From NCBI GenBank assembly GCA_902489945.1, contig CABUBZ010000002.1, positions 11,666 to 75,665 on the forward strand: a DNA stretch of 64,000 nt, in the 5' to 3' direction. Made by a program: the position numbers and the translations under genes. This document shows, piece after piece, positions 36,856 through 46,412 of the stretch. Below the pieces are notes generated by a model that saw only the letters and a list, made by a program, of their open reading frames with translations, was not told the origin of the DNA and ran no database searches. This DNA is from an uncultured Collinsella sp. (GTDB taxonomy: Bacteria; Actinomycetota; Coriobacteriia; Coriobacteriales; Coriobacteriaceae). The first letter of the stretch is position 1, and every line of letters begins with the position of its first letter.

Positions 36856-39522
36856 CTATTCCTGAACCTTGAGCGCCTCGGAGAGGCTCACACGCTTGAT
36901 AGAGCGCGTGTGCAGCAGCGCCACGACCAGGTAGGTCGCAAAGCCGATGCCGACGCATGCGGCCATGGACCAAGCGGGCACGTAGATCTCGATATTGCCG
37001 TTGTAGGCGAGCAGCATCGAGCGGAAGATGGCCGTGAGCGAGCCAATAATGACCGGCAGGCTCAGCACGAGCGATGCCGCCACGCACAGCGTGATCGAGC
37101 GGATGTACAGATGCGAGATCTCGCTATCGCGATAGCCAAAGACCTTCATGTAGCTAATCGACCGGGCGCTGTGGTCGATCACAGCCTTGGTCAGCAGGTA
37201 CATAAACAGCAGGAAGATAAACACCGCGAGCCCGACCATCATGCCGATCATTTTGCTCATCATGCCGATGAACTGGTCGCCCACGGCGTGCATGTCGTCG
37301 GGCGTGATGTCGCCGGCAAAGTAACGAGCATCGAGGTCGAGCTTCTCGTCGCTCACATAGCCGTTAAAGTAGGCGGCATCGTTGTCGAACAGCTCGTTAA
37401 AATCGTCGATGCTCATATAGATATTCATGTCCGACTTGGAGCCCCAGGCACAGTCCTTGCCCGCGTACTCAAGGGAATAATGCTCGCCCTCGTACTTGTC
37501 GCCGAGCGTGACCTTCTGGCCCTCGCTCCAGCCAAACTTATCGAGCAGACCGTCGCCAAAGACGACGCGCCCATCGCCGACGTTGAGGTCTTCCCAGTAG
37601 CGCGAATCGGGCGAGATGCCGTAGACGGAAATCGTCTCCTCGCCATTACCATCGCCGCGGTCGTATTGCAGCTGGTAGACGGCGTATTTCTCGGCCTGCG
37701 CGATTGTACCCGCGCCGTTGTCGGTCGTATTGATCGGGTGGATATCGTCGTTGTCAGTGTCGATCTTAGAGGCCTTGTCGATCAGGTCGATAGCCTCGTC
37801 GCGGTTGCAGCCGAGGGCATCGGCAAGGTCATCGAGGCACGCATAAAGCGCATCCTTCTTGTCCTGAACCTTGGCAAGCGCGTTCTTCGCTGCGGTCAGG
37901 CTCTCGGCAGACGGAAACGCGGTCGCGGCATCGGCTGCCGTCTGCGCTGTATCGGCCGCGTCGTCAAGCTCGTCATCGGCATCCTGGGCGGCGGAAAGCA
38001 GCGCGCCGTCAACCGACTGCAAGCGCTCGAGTGCCGACCACTGCTCACGCTCCTCGGCAGTGCCCTCGAGCTCCAGCGGCGCCTTGAGCGTGTACTGGTG
38101 CTCGGCGACCAGACTCGTCTCGAGATTGTCCGCATAGTGCGTCATCGTGGGCAGAATCGCCAGGCCAAAGAGCAGCAGCAGCGAAGCAAACGCAATGCCC
38201 ACGAAGAGCGTGGCGAAGTTGCCCAGATTGCGCAGGAAGATACGCAGGCGGAAGCGGGAAACAAAGCCCATGCGCTCCGGCAGTTGCATACCACGCTTGG
38301 TACCAGACTTGCCGCTCGCCTCGTGACGAAGGAATTGCAACGGCGTCTTGCCCATTTTGCGAAGCAGACCCACCAGCGTGATGAGGATGAGCGCGACGGC
38401 GGGAACCACGGCGCACTTCACAAAGATCTCCCAGCTCCAGTACACCTGGAAGGGCGGCAGGCTGTACGAACCGTAATAGAGGCTGCGCATGGGCTCGGTA
38501 AAGAACGCAATGCCGAGCGCAGTGCCCAAAAGCGCCGCGACCACGCCCACGATGGCGGGAAGCGCAAGGTAGTGCAGCACAATCTCGCGTCGACGATAGC
38601 CGCTGGCGAGCAGCGTGCCAATGATGGCGCTCTCCTCCTCGATGGTGGCGTCGGTAAGGACCACAAAGACAAATGCCATTATCACGATGATGATGTCGAG
38701 CAACGTCATCCACATCATGGAGTCGCCGTCCACGTCGTCACGCGCGTAGCCAATGCCCTGGTTGGAATCGGCGTCGATGAGGTCATCCACGCGCGCATCG
38801 GCGTCGGTCAGTGCCTCCACCATATCCTGCTCGGCATCGGTGCGGTCCGCGGTGGAGAGATCGCGATCGGCAAAGGTAAAGGAGTAGGTGTAGGCAGGCG
38901 CGCCGCCGGCATCCTCGAGCGCGGCAAAGCCGGCATCGGCGACCTCGGCCACACCATAGGTGATGGTGTTCACCGTAAAGTCCGAATTGTTGAGGAACAG
39001 CGCCTGGCTATCGGGCTGGGTCATGATGCCGCAGATGGTGTAGGTGCGGCCCTCAAGCTCAACCTTATCGCCCACGGCGAGGTCGTTGTTGGTGGCGAAG
39101 ACACGGTCGATGGCCACCTCGTCATCCGCCTTGGGCTCCTTGCCCTCACAGTAGGACGCGATATCGACCTTGGTGCGATGCGCATAGGTGCGCAGCGTGC
39201 GCTTGGTGCCGTCGTCGCCGGCGGTCTTTTTGATGATGGCGTCGATGGAGAAATTCTTGTAGAGCGTGACGCCGCCGACGTCGTCGGCCGCGTCCTCGGC
39301 GGCCTTGAGCTGGTCTTTAGTGGCCTCGAAGGAGGTGGTCACGCGGCCGTCCTCAATCGTGTACGCATCGCGCATGTCGTCGATAAGGCAGCCGATAGAA
39401 TGCGCTGCGAGCAAAAAGCCCGAGGTAAGGGCGATGCTTCCGCACATAAGCAAAAAGATGCCCAGGTACTTGCCGATATTGCGGCGCAGCTCGCGCGGGA
39501 GACGTTTTGCGAGAGGTGTCAT
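36856..39522 (-). CDS. FtsX/MacB-type ABC exporter permease (two FtsX domains)
   Basis: IGTLLASGY and ISYMKVFGY FtsX loops, two large extracellular domains. Confidence 0.88.
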   Translation of the reverse strand: MTPLAKRLPRELRRNIGKYLGIFLLMCGSIALTSGFLLAAHSIGCLIDDMRDAYTIEDGRVTTSFEATKDQLKAAEDAADDVGGVTLYKNFSIDAIIKKTAGDDGTKRTLRTYAHRTKVDIASYCEGKEPKADDEVAIDRVFATNNDLAVGDKVELEGRTYTICGIMTQPDSQALFLNNSDFTVNTITYGVAEVADAGFAALEDAGGAPAYTYSFTFADRDLSTADRTDAEQDMVEALTDADARVDDLIDADSNQGIGYARDDVDGDSMMWMTLLDIIIVIMAFVFVVLTDATIEEESAIIGTLLASGYRRREIVLHYLALPAIVGVVAALLGTALGIAFFTEPMRSLYYGSYSLPPFQVYWSWEIFVKCAVVPAVALILITLVGLLRKMGKTPLQFLRHEASGKSGTKRGMQLPERMGFVSRFRLRIFLRNLGNFATLFVGIAFASLLLLFGLAILPTMTHYADNLETSLVAEHQYTLKAPLELEGTAEEREQWSALERLQSVDGALLSAAQDADDELDDAADTAQTAADAATAFPSAESLTAAKNALAKVQDKKDALYACLDDLADALGCNRDEAIDLIDKASKIDTDNDDIHPINTTDNGAGTIAQAEKYAVYQLQYDRGDGNGEETISVYGISPDSRYWEDLNVGDGRVVFGDGLLDKFGWSEGQKVTLGDKYEGEHYSLEYAGKDCAWGSKSDMNIYMSIDDFNELFDNDAAYFNGYVSDEKLDLDARYFAGDITPDDMHAVGDQFIGMMSKMIGMMVGLAVFIFLLFMYLLTKAVIDHSARSISYMKVFGYRDSEISHLYIRSITLCVAASLVLSLPVIIGSLTAIFRSMLLAYNGNIEIYVPAWSMAACVGIGFATYLVVALLHTRSIKRVSLSEALKVQE

Positions 39523-39530
39523 GGCGCCGC

Positions 39531-40244
39531 CTACCAATCGAGCTCGGCGGCCGCGATGGGCGACTCGTTGAGCTCATCCTCGACGATGCGCCCGTCGCGC
39601 AGGCGCAGCACGCGGTTGGCCATGCGAGCGATGGCGGCGTTGTGCGTGACGATGATGATGGTGCAGCCGTAGGTGCGGTTGACATCCTCCATGAGCTGCA
39701 AGATTTCCTTGGACGTCTTGTAGTCAAGTGCGCCCGTGGGCTCGTCGCACAGCAGCAGGCCCGGGTTTTTGACGAGTGCGCGGCCGATGGCGCAGCGCTG
39801 CTGCTGACCGCCTGAGACCTGGCGCGGAAACTTGTTGCGGTGCTCGTAGAGGCCCAGAGAACGCAGCAGGTCGTCGACATTGAGCGGGTTTTTGGACAGG
39901 TGCGCCGTAACCTCGATGTTTTCCTTAATGGTGAGGTCGGGCACCAGGTTGTAGAACTGGAAGACAAAGCCCAGCTCACGGCGGCGATACTCGCCAAGGT
40001 CGGTAGGCTTGAGCACCGTGAGGTCGCAGCCGTCCACCATGATGGAGCCGCCGTCAGCATCCTCCAGGCCGCCGATCAGGTTGAGAAAGGTCGACTTGCC
40101 CGAGCCCGAGGGCCCCAGCATGACGCAGATCTCGCCGCGGTTGATGGACGCGTCGATGCCATCGAGTACCGTCAGGCGCGCATCACCGTCGCCGTAGTGC
40201 TTCTTGAGCCCCTTGACCTGGACGTAGGCTTTCTGCGTTGCCAT
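39531..40244 (-). CDS. ABC transporter ATP-binding protein (LolD/MacB-like)
   Basis: GPSGSGKST, VSGGQQQR, LLCDEPTGALD. Confidence 0.93.
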   Translation of the reverse strand: MATQKAYVQVKGLKKHYGDGDARLTVLDGIDASINRGEICVMLGPSGSGKSTFLNLIGGLEDADGGSIMVDGCDLTVLKPTDLGEYRRRELGFVFQFYNLVPDLTIKENIEVTAHLSKNPLNVDDLLRSLGLYEHRNKFPRQVSGGQQQRCAIGRALVKNPGLLLCDEPTGALDYKTSKEILQLMEDVNRTYGCTIIIVTHNAAIARMANRVLRLRDGRIVEDELNESPIAAAELDW

Positions 40245-40337
40245 GGTATCCCCCATTGTTAGCCTCATACTACTTTATGAGCGTAATAGTAAACCTTGGC
40301 GAACTATTTTGGAGCGAGGCTTGGGATTTATTTCAGA

Positions 40338-40504
40338 CTAGTCATTGGGGACGTTCTTAAATGACTAGCTGTTGAGGACACTCTTTCGCCACCCGGCAGC
40401 TGGGGACGCTCCTTATCTGCCCCCGATGGCTAGTCATTTAAGTCTGTCCCCAATGAATACTTTTGGTCGTTTAAGTCTGTCCCCAATGAGTATCCGATGA
40501 CTAG
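40338..40504. repeat. REP-like cluster (GGGGAC-core units, direct and inverted)
   Basis: TAGTCATTGGGGACGTTCTTAAATGACTA, degenerate GGGGAC units and two TTTAAGTCTGTCCCCAATGA copies. Confidence 0.78.
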
Positions 40505-40508
40505 GTGG

Positions 40509-41714
40509 CTAGGCGCGGGATTTGGCGCGGGCGAGGGCTAGGCCTACGGCGGCGATCGCTGCTGCGAAGAGCACGGTGACGCCTAGGTCGCAGGCGATGT
40601 CGCCCAGCACGGCGGACGTCAAATCCGAGGCAAGCGCCTTGCCGATCGCGTCGTTCACCCAATATGTCGGCACAAAGTGCGCCACGGTCTGCACGGCCGG
40701 GCCCATCAGCGACAGCGGCATCCAGGCACCGCCCAAAAACGTCATGAGCATGCCGAGCAGGTTGCCCACACCGTTGAGCAGTTCCTCGCGCGCACCCAGG
40801 CTCGAAAGGGCAAAGCCAACGGCCAAAGGCGTGCACGCCAGGGCAAACGTCGCCGCCAGCGCCAGACACACACGCCCTGCGCCGACCTCGGCGACCGCGC
40901 CGGCAAAGCCCACGACGCCCATCATGCTCGAAACAAACCAGATACAGACGGTGAGCACGGCAGCGGCCGCGAACACGGCAAGCGAACGCTGGCGCTCGGA
41001 GACCGGGCCGGCCTCCATGCGGCGCACGCGCTCGGGCTCGTTCATGCCCGAGAACACCAGTCCCACCGACACGATGACCGACGAGATGATCGCGTACGCG
41101 CCAAAGTTGAAGTACGACTCGAGCGTGGCGGCGGCAGTCGAGTCGACCTTGACCTGCTCGACCTCGACCTTGGCGCGCTTGGCGGCCGCATGCTCGGCAG
41201 CCTTGGCGACGCTGCCGTTAGAGGCGGCGGGCTCTAGGGCCGCCGCAGCACCCGCGAGCGAGATCCAGCGCGAGGCCTCGGCAGACGAAAGCGCCGCCGC
41301 CATGGTGCCGGCGCCGTAGGTCACATCAAGCCTGGGCAGGGACTCCCCCGCGCGGGCGGCTGCAACGAGGTCGCCCTCAAACCCCTCCGGGATAAAGAAC
41401 ACGCAGTCGGCGCTACCCTTGGCGCTGTTACTCTTGGAGAGCGCGTCCGAAAGGTCGTAGGTGTCGTCGCCGACGCCCGTGACCAGCTCGAAGCGCGAAC
41501 CCAGATGCTTGGTAAGCGCACGCGAAAGGTCGCTGTCGTCGCGGTCGACCACGATCACGTTAGCATCGTAGGGCTTGTACTCGGTGAGCTGCGACGAGTT
41601 CCAGCTCACCGAGGCCGCGATGAATACGCCCATGAGCGAGATGAACACCGTGTAGATAAGCAGGTAGAACGGGTGCGCCAGCGCCATGCGAAGCGCGGTC
41701 TTAAAGGTGCTCAT
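40509..41714 (-). CDS. ABC-2 type permease
   Basis: N-terminal TM, VVDRDDSDLS, FLGGAWMP, FVPTYW. Confidence 0.85.
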   Translation of the reverse strand: MSTFKTALRMALAHPFYLLIYTVFISLMGVFIAASVSWNSSQLTEYKPYDANVIVVDRDDSDLSRALTKHLGSRFELVTGVGDDTYDLSDALSKSNSAKGSADCVFFIPEGFEGDLVAAARAGESLPRLDVTYGAGTMAAALSSAEASRWISLAGAAAALEPAASNGSVAKAAEHAAAKRAKVEVEQVKVDSTAAATLESYFNFGAYAIISSVIVSVGLVFSGMNEPERVRRMEAGPVSERQRSLAVFAAAAVLTVCIWFVSSMMGVVGFAGAVAEVGAGRVCLALAATFALACTPLAVGFALSSLGAREELLNGVGNLLGMLMTFLGGAWMPLSLMGPAVQTVAHFVPTYWVNDAIGKALASDLTSAVLGDIACDLGVTVLFAAAIAAVGLALARAKSRA

Positions 41715-42888
41715 AGCGGCTCCTTCCAAAGATCAGCGTGGCGGCGGCAACGAACAGCAGCGCCATAAGGACCAGCGCGCCGGCGCGAACGGCAAAGGGA
41801 CCCAGGTCCTCAAAGAAATACAGGCGGTTGAACATGTCGCAGATGAGCTTGACGGGGTTGAACCAGCACTCGGCCGGGCAGGCGCGGGCGACGTCGTCGG
41901 CAAGTGCCATCGCCGACTCGCCGTAGAGGCCGGCGAACAGGGCGCACGTGGTAGCAAAGCCCGTGAGGATGCCCGACTTGGACGCCTTGCCGCCCTTAAC
42001 GGGGAGCGTGCCCACAAAGAGCCCCAGGCCCGTGGCGGCAAGCGCGGAAGCGGCACCGCCCACCAGACACAGCCCCTCGCGCCCGCCAAAGTCGACGCCC
42101 ACGACCACGCGCACGTAGCCAATCGCGATCGTCATCGAAGCAAAGGAAACCAGCCACGAGCCGACAAAGATGCCGGCCAGCGACGCCGTCTTGGAAAGAC
42201 CGCCCACGCAGCGACGCGCACCAAGGCCCGACAGATTGGGCTGCAGGTCGACGACGCTCAAGGCGGCAAACTCGGCAGACATCATCGCGACCAGGCCAAA
42301 GAGCGCGTAATAGTAGATGACCGTGCCGCCGGGCGTGGTGCGCGTAAGGCTCACGCGACGGGTGCCGCCCTCGAGCGACAGGGCGCGCGCAACCGCCTCG
42401 GGGTCGGCGAGTGCCGCCGGGTTGTCCTGGGCAATCTGGGACATGAGCTCGGCATTTTGTGTATACGAGCTTGCCACCGTCTCCAGGATGCTGCGATCGG
42501 TGAGCACCGATGATGCGCGCGAGCTGTCGTAGCTCGATAGCAGTGTGAGCTTGGGTGCGCCTGCGTCGTCGACCGTATAGATGCCCGCGACCTCGCCGGC
42601 CTTAAGCGCACGGTTCGCATCGGCTGCGTCGTCGCACTCGTGGATCTCGAGCAGCTGATTGTCGCTCTCCTTGGCAAGCGACGTCGCCACGTCCTTAAAG
42701 GTCGAGGCGTCCCAGGCCTCGTCCGCTATGACGGCAACCGGTACCGGGTCGACCGTGCCGTCGGAGCTCAGATTCGCAAACATAAACATGAACATCGTGG
42801 AAAGTGCGATGGGAAAGAGAGCGCCCCAGACCCACGTGCTCGGCCGGCGCAGCAGCGTCTTGACCGTAGTGATGATGGTGTTGAACAT
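41701..42888 (-). CDS. ABC-2 type permease
   Basis: LFPIALSTMF, YYYALF, FAGLYG, NPV; overlaps next permease. Confidence 0.85.
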   Translation of the reverse strand: MFNTIITTVKTLLRRPSTWVWGALFPIALSTMFMFMFANLSSDGTVDPVPVAVIADEAWDASTFKDVATSLAKESDNQLLEIHECDDAADANRALKAGEVAGIYTVDDAGAPKLTLLSSYDSSRASSVLTDRSILETVASSYTQNAELMSQIAQDNPAALADPEAVARALSLEGGTRRVSLTRTTPGGTVIYYYALFGLVAMMSAEFAALSVVDLQPNLSGLGARRCVGGLSKTASLAGIFVGSWLVSFASMTIAIGYVRVVVGVDFGGREGLCLVGGAASALAATGLGLFVGTLPVKGGKASKSGILTGFATTCALFAGLYGESAMALADDVARACPAECWFNPVKLICDMFNRLYFFEDLGPFAVRAGALVLMALLFVAAATLIFGRSRYEHL

Positions 42889-42897
42889 GACTGCCCC

Positions 42898-43836
42898 CTA
42901 GTCGCGCAGCTCGCGGCCGGTGATCTCGAGGAACACGTCGTTGAGGGTCGGCGGCTCGCTCCACACGCGGCCGAGTGCCACGTCGGCAGCGCGCAGCGTG
43001 TCGAGGATGTCGACCAGATTGTGCGGGCTCGCTTCGCAGGTGCAGACGAGCTCGCCGCCGGAAAGCTCAACGCTGAGCACGTGCTCGAGGGCACGCAGCC
43101 GCTCGACCGTGGCGGGCTCGACGGCGCCGACCTCGACCGTCACGCGCTCGCCCATCTGAATCATGCGTTTGAGCTCGTCATTGGTGCCCTGCGCCAGCAC
43201 ACGTCCGCCGTCCATGATCATGATGCGGCTGCAAATCTGCTCGACCTCCTCCATGTAATGGCTGGTATACACCACCGTAGCGCCCTCGTCGCGCAAGCGG
43301 CAGATGCCCTCCAGGATGGCGTTGCGACTCTGCGGGTCGACTGCCACCGTGGGCTCGTCAAAGAAGATGAGCTCGGGCTTGTGCGCAACGCCGCAGGCAA
43401 TGTTGAGGCGACGTGCCAGGCCGCCCGAGAGCTTGCCGGGGCGGAACTTGGCAAAGTCGCCCAGGCCGACAAAGTCGATCGCCTCGTCCACGAGCGCACG
43501 GCGGCGCTTACGGTCGCTAACGTAAAGGCTGCAGAAATAGTCGATATTCTCGCGCACGGTGAGCTCGTCGAACACCGCCACCTGCTGCGGCACCACACCG
43601 ATGCGGCGCTTGAGGTCGTAGCGGGCGGGCGTCATGGGCTCGCCGAACAACTCGATGGTGCCCTTATCGTAGGCAAGCAGCTGCAGGATACAGTTGATGG
43701 ACGTGGTTTTGCCCGAGCCGTTGGGGCCGAGCAGGCCAAAGATCTCGCCGGGGGCGATGCTCAGGTTAAAGTGGTCGAGCGCGATAAGATCGTCATAGCG
43801 CTTGACGAGGTTTTCGACGTGGACGATGTCTGTCAT
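42898..43836 (-). CDS. ABC-2 exporter ATP-binding protein
   Basis: GPNGSGKTT, LSGG, FDEPTVAVDPQSR, YTSHYMEE. Confidence 0.93.
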   Translation of the reverse strand: MTDIVHVENLVKRYDDLIALDHFNLSIAPGEIFGLLGPNGSGKTTSINCILQLLAYDKGTIELFGEPMTPARYDLKRRIGVVPQQVAVFDELTVRENIDYFCSLYVSDRKRRRALVDEAIDFVGLGDFAKFRPGKLSGGLARRLNIACGVAHKPELIFFDEPTVAVDPQSRNAILEGICRLRDEGATVVYTSHYMEEVEQICSRIMIMDGGRVLAQGTNDELKRMIQMGERVTVEVGAVEPATVERLRALEHVLSVELSGGELVCTCEASPHNLVDILDTLRAADVALGRVWSEPPTLNDVFLEITGRELRD

Positions 43837-44033
43837 GAGGCGGCCCTTCCGTTGATTGCGGCCCGGTACGATTGCATCATCGCAGGAGCCGCCGGCGCGC
43901 ACCAGTGAGCTTTGTCACGAGTGCGAGGCTTGGCCGCGTGGCCTGCCGACGCCCCCGATTTGCCGCATGGGAGGAATGTCACAGTTGCGCAGGCGGCCCC
44001 TCCACCACGCGCGGCTTCGCGTACAATACCCGT

Positions 44034-45179
44034 ATGAACAGGCTTTTCGACAAATCGATCGTGCTGGCGTGCTGTATTGCGGCCGCCATGGGTCTTGCTG
44101 TGGACGCTCGCCTAGTCGCGGCGTTTTGCCTTGGCGTTATTGCCACCTCGCTGGCCGAGGTGGCACAGGATGAACGCACGCGCCGTGCAAGCGAGGCCGC
44201 GGGCTACGTTTACATCATCGCGGCCGTCTTTATACCGCCGTTTGTGCCGTTTGCGCCCCTCGCCCTCTATGACATCGCGCGACGCGTGCGCCGTGAACGC
44301 ATCTGGCCCGCGCTGGTGATTGGCGCCGTGTTTGTCTGCGCGCTTGTCGCGGACCTTCGCGGCGGCGCGCTCACCACCCGAACGCTCCTGCCGACCGCCA
44401 TCCTTTCGGTTGCCGCCACCTTGCTATCGCTACGTACCGCCCAGCTGGAGCGCGAGCAACAGCGCATGCGCCGTACCCGCGACGGGCTGCAAGAACGAGC
44501 CCTCGCGCTCGAAGCGCGCAACCGCGACCTTGCCGACCGCCAGGACTACGAAGTCGAGCTCGCGACGCTCGCCGAACGCGCCCGCATCGCGCGCGAGATC
44601 CACGATAACGTCGGGCACCAGCTCACGCGCGCCTCGCTGCAGGCCGAAGCCCTACGCGTGGTCCACGCCGACGAGTCTGGCGTCGCCGCCGATTTCGCCG
44701 ACGTTAAACGCACGGTTGACGAGGCGCTCCAGCTTGTGCGCACCAGCGTCCACGCGCTCAACGACAACGCCGTCGACCTTTCCGTGCAGCTCGAACGCAT
44801 TGTTGAAGGCGCGCGCTCGGACGGCGGCCCGCAGATTGAGCTTGAAGTTTTGGCCGAGCATGCGCCCGCAAATGTCGCCAACTGCTTTGCAGCGGTCCTG
44901 CGCGAGGCACTCTCCAATACCATGCGCCACGCTTGCGCCCAGACCGTCACCGTACGATGCATGGAACATCCGTCGTTTTACCAGCTTGTCGTTACCGACG
45001 ATGGCGCGGGCGGGGTCCAAGCAAGCGGCCGCGGCGCTGCGGAGGGCATGGGGCTCGCCTCCATGCGCGAGCGCATCGAGGCGCTTGGCGGCACCTTCAC
45101 CGCCGGCCCGCGTGCCAGCGCCGGCGGCTGGCGCGTGTTTGCCACCGTTCCCAAACAGCAAGGAGATGAGGACCGATGA
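44034..45179 (+). CDS. Sensor histidine kinase (HisKA_3, NarX/DesK type)
   Basis: ERARIAREIHDNVGH, REALSN, DDGAG, GMGLASMRER; probably leaderless (TACAAT 6 nt before the ATG). Confidence 0.92.
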   Translation: MNRLFDKSIVLACCIAAAMGLAVDARLVAAFCLGVIATSLAEVAQDERTRRASEAAGYVYIIAAVFIPPFVPFAPLALYDIARRVRRERIWPALVIGAVFVCALVADLRGGALTTRTLLPTAILSVAATLLSLRTAQLEREQQRMRRTRDGLQERALALEARNRDLADRQDYEVELATLAERARIAREIHDNVGHQLTRASLQAEALRVVHADESGVAADFADVKRTVDEALQLVRTSVHALNDNAVDLSVQLERIVEGARSDGGPQIELEVLAEHAPANVANCFAAVLREALSNTMRHACAQTVTVRCMEHPSFYQLVVTDDGAGGVQASGRGAAEGMGLASMRERIEALGGTFTAGPRASAGGWRVFATVPKQQGDEDR

Positions 45180-45805
45180 GGCTCATCGTTGTCGACGACG
45201 ACCGCTTAGTGGTCGATTCGCTCAAGATTATCCTGGGCGCCCAGCCGCAGATCGAAGTGGTGGGCACCGGCGCCAATGGCGACGAGGCGGTCGCGCTCTA
45301 CAGCGAGCACGCGCCCGACATCGCGCTGCTCGACATTCAGATGCCGGGACGCGACGGCCTTTCGGCGGCACGCGAAATCCTTGAGCGCGACCCCACGGCG
45401 CGCGTGGTGTTTCTGACGACATTCTCGGATGACGAGTACATTGTGTCGGCGCTTAAACTGGGCGCCCGCGGCTACCTGATCAAGACCGATGTCGCCGCCA
45501 TTCCGCCGGCGTTGGCACAGGTCATGGATGGCAAACGCGTGCTCGAGGGCAAGGCGATCGAGGATATCGATTTTAATGGGGCGGGCACCGAAGCCGACGC
45601 GCCCCGCCGGCCCACAGCCTTTGCCGGCCTAACCGACCGCGAGTTCGAAGTCGCCGAGCTCATCGCCCGCGGCCTCGACAACAAGGAGATCGCCGCCACC
45701 GCCTACATGGGCGAAGGCACCGTGCGCAACCACATCAGCTCGATCCTTGCAAAGATGGGCCTGCGCAACCGCACGCAGATCGCCATCGCCTACCTGCGAG
45801 GGTAG
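45176..45805 (+). CDS. NarL/LuxR family response regulator
   Basis: VVDDD, LLDIQMP, LTDREFEV, GTVRNHISSIL. Confidence 0.95.
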   Translation: MRLIVVDDDRLVVDSLKIILGAQPQIEVVGTGANGDEAVALYSEHAPDIALLDIQMPGRDGLSAAREILERDPTARVVFLTTFSDDEYIVSALKLGARGYLIKTDVAAIPPALAQVMDGKRVLEGKAIEDIDFNGAGTEADAPRRPTAFAGLTDREFEVAELIARGLDNKEIAATAYMGEGTVRNHISSILAKMGLRNRTQIAIAYLRG

Positions 45806-45865
45806 TTGCCCAACGACTGACCGCCCCGGCATAGCAAAATGGCTGCCACCGATTTAATACCATTT

Positions 45866-46019
45866 CAAAACTATGCCGGTTTACGGGGCTAAACTCAGGA
45901 CCCCCATCCATACCCGCGTTTTCTGCAAAATGACGGCTCGTCTACCTGCGATTTTATTTTCACGAATATCGGCATGGTTGGGGACTCGTGACTCAGCCCC
46001 GTAAACCGGCATAGTTTTG
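45866..46019. repeat. 154-bp palindromic element, type A copy 1
   Basis: Perfect 25-bp terminal IR CAAAACTATGCCGGTTTACGGGGCT; central TCTACCTGCGATTTT. Confidence 0.85.
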
Positions 46020-46109
46020 TTCGGGCGGCCCTGCACGAGTGCCTCCGCCAGCCTCACGGGACCAAAATGATCCGTTTTCCTCCGCCCCCAAGGGATCAGC
46101 CGGAACCGC

Positions 46110-46273
46110 GCGCCACGAAACCGGCCCATCTACTACGTTTGACTCGACACCCCTGACCATACCTTCGTTTTGAGCATAACCGCAGGCGTTCTACCTGCGG
46201 TTATGTTTTGGCGTTTTTTGGCATGGTTGGAGGTAAGGGGCCAAACGTAGTAGATGGGCCGGTTTCGTGGCGC
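46110..46273. repeat. About 160-bp palindromic element, type B copy 1
   Basis: Perfect 32-bp terminal IR GCGCCACGAAACCGGCCCATCTACTACGTTTG; central TCTACCTGCGGTTATG; preceded by linker CCAAAATGATCCGTTTTCCTCCG...GGGATCA. Confidence 0.85.
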
Positions 46274-46412
46274 ACCCACCTCCCCCACGCACAAAAATGC
46301 CGCCGCGGAGGAGGGAGATGCCTCCGTGGCGGCTGGGGGTGGGGTGGGGGCTACATTTCTGGCTCCCCGCCGGCCGCCCGGGGCCTTTTGGCCCCGGGCG
46401 CTACCAGCGTGC

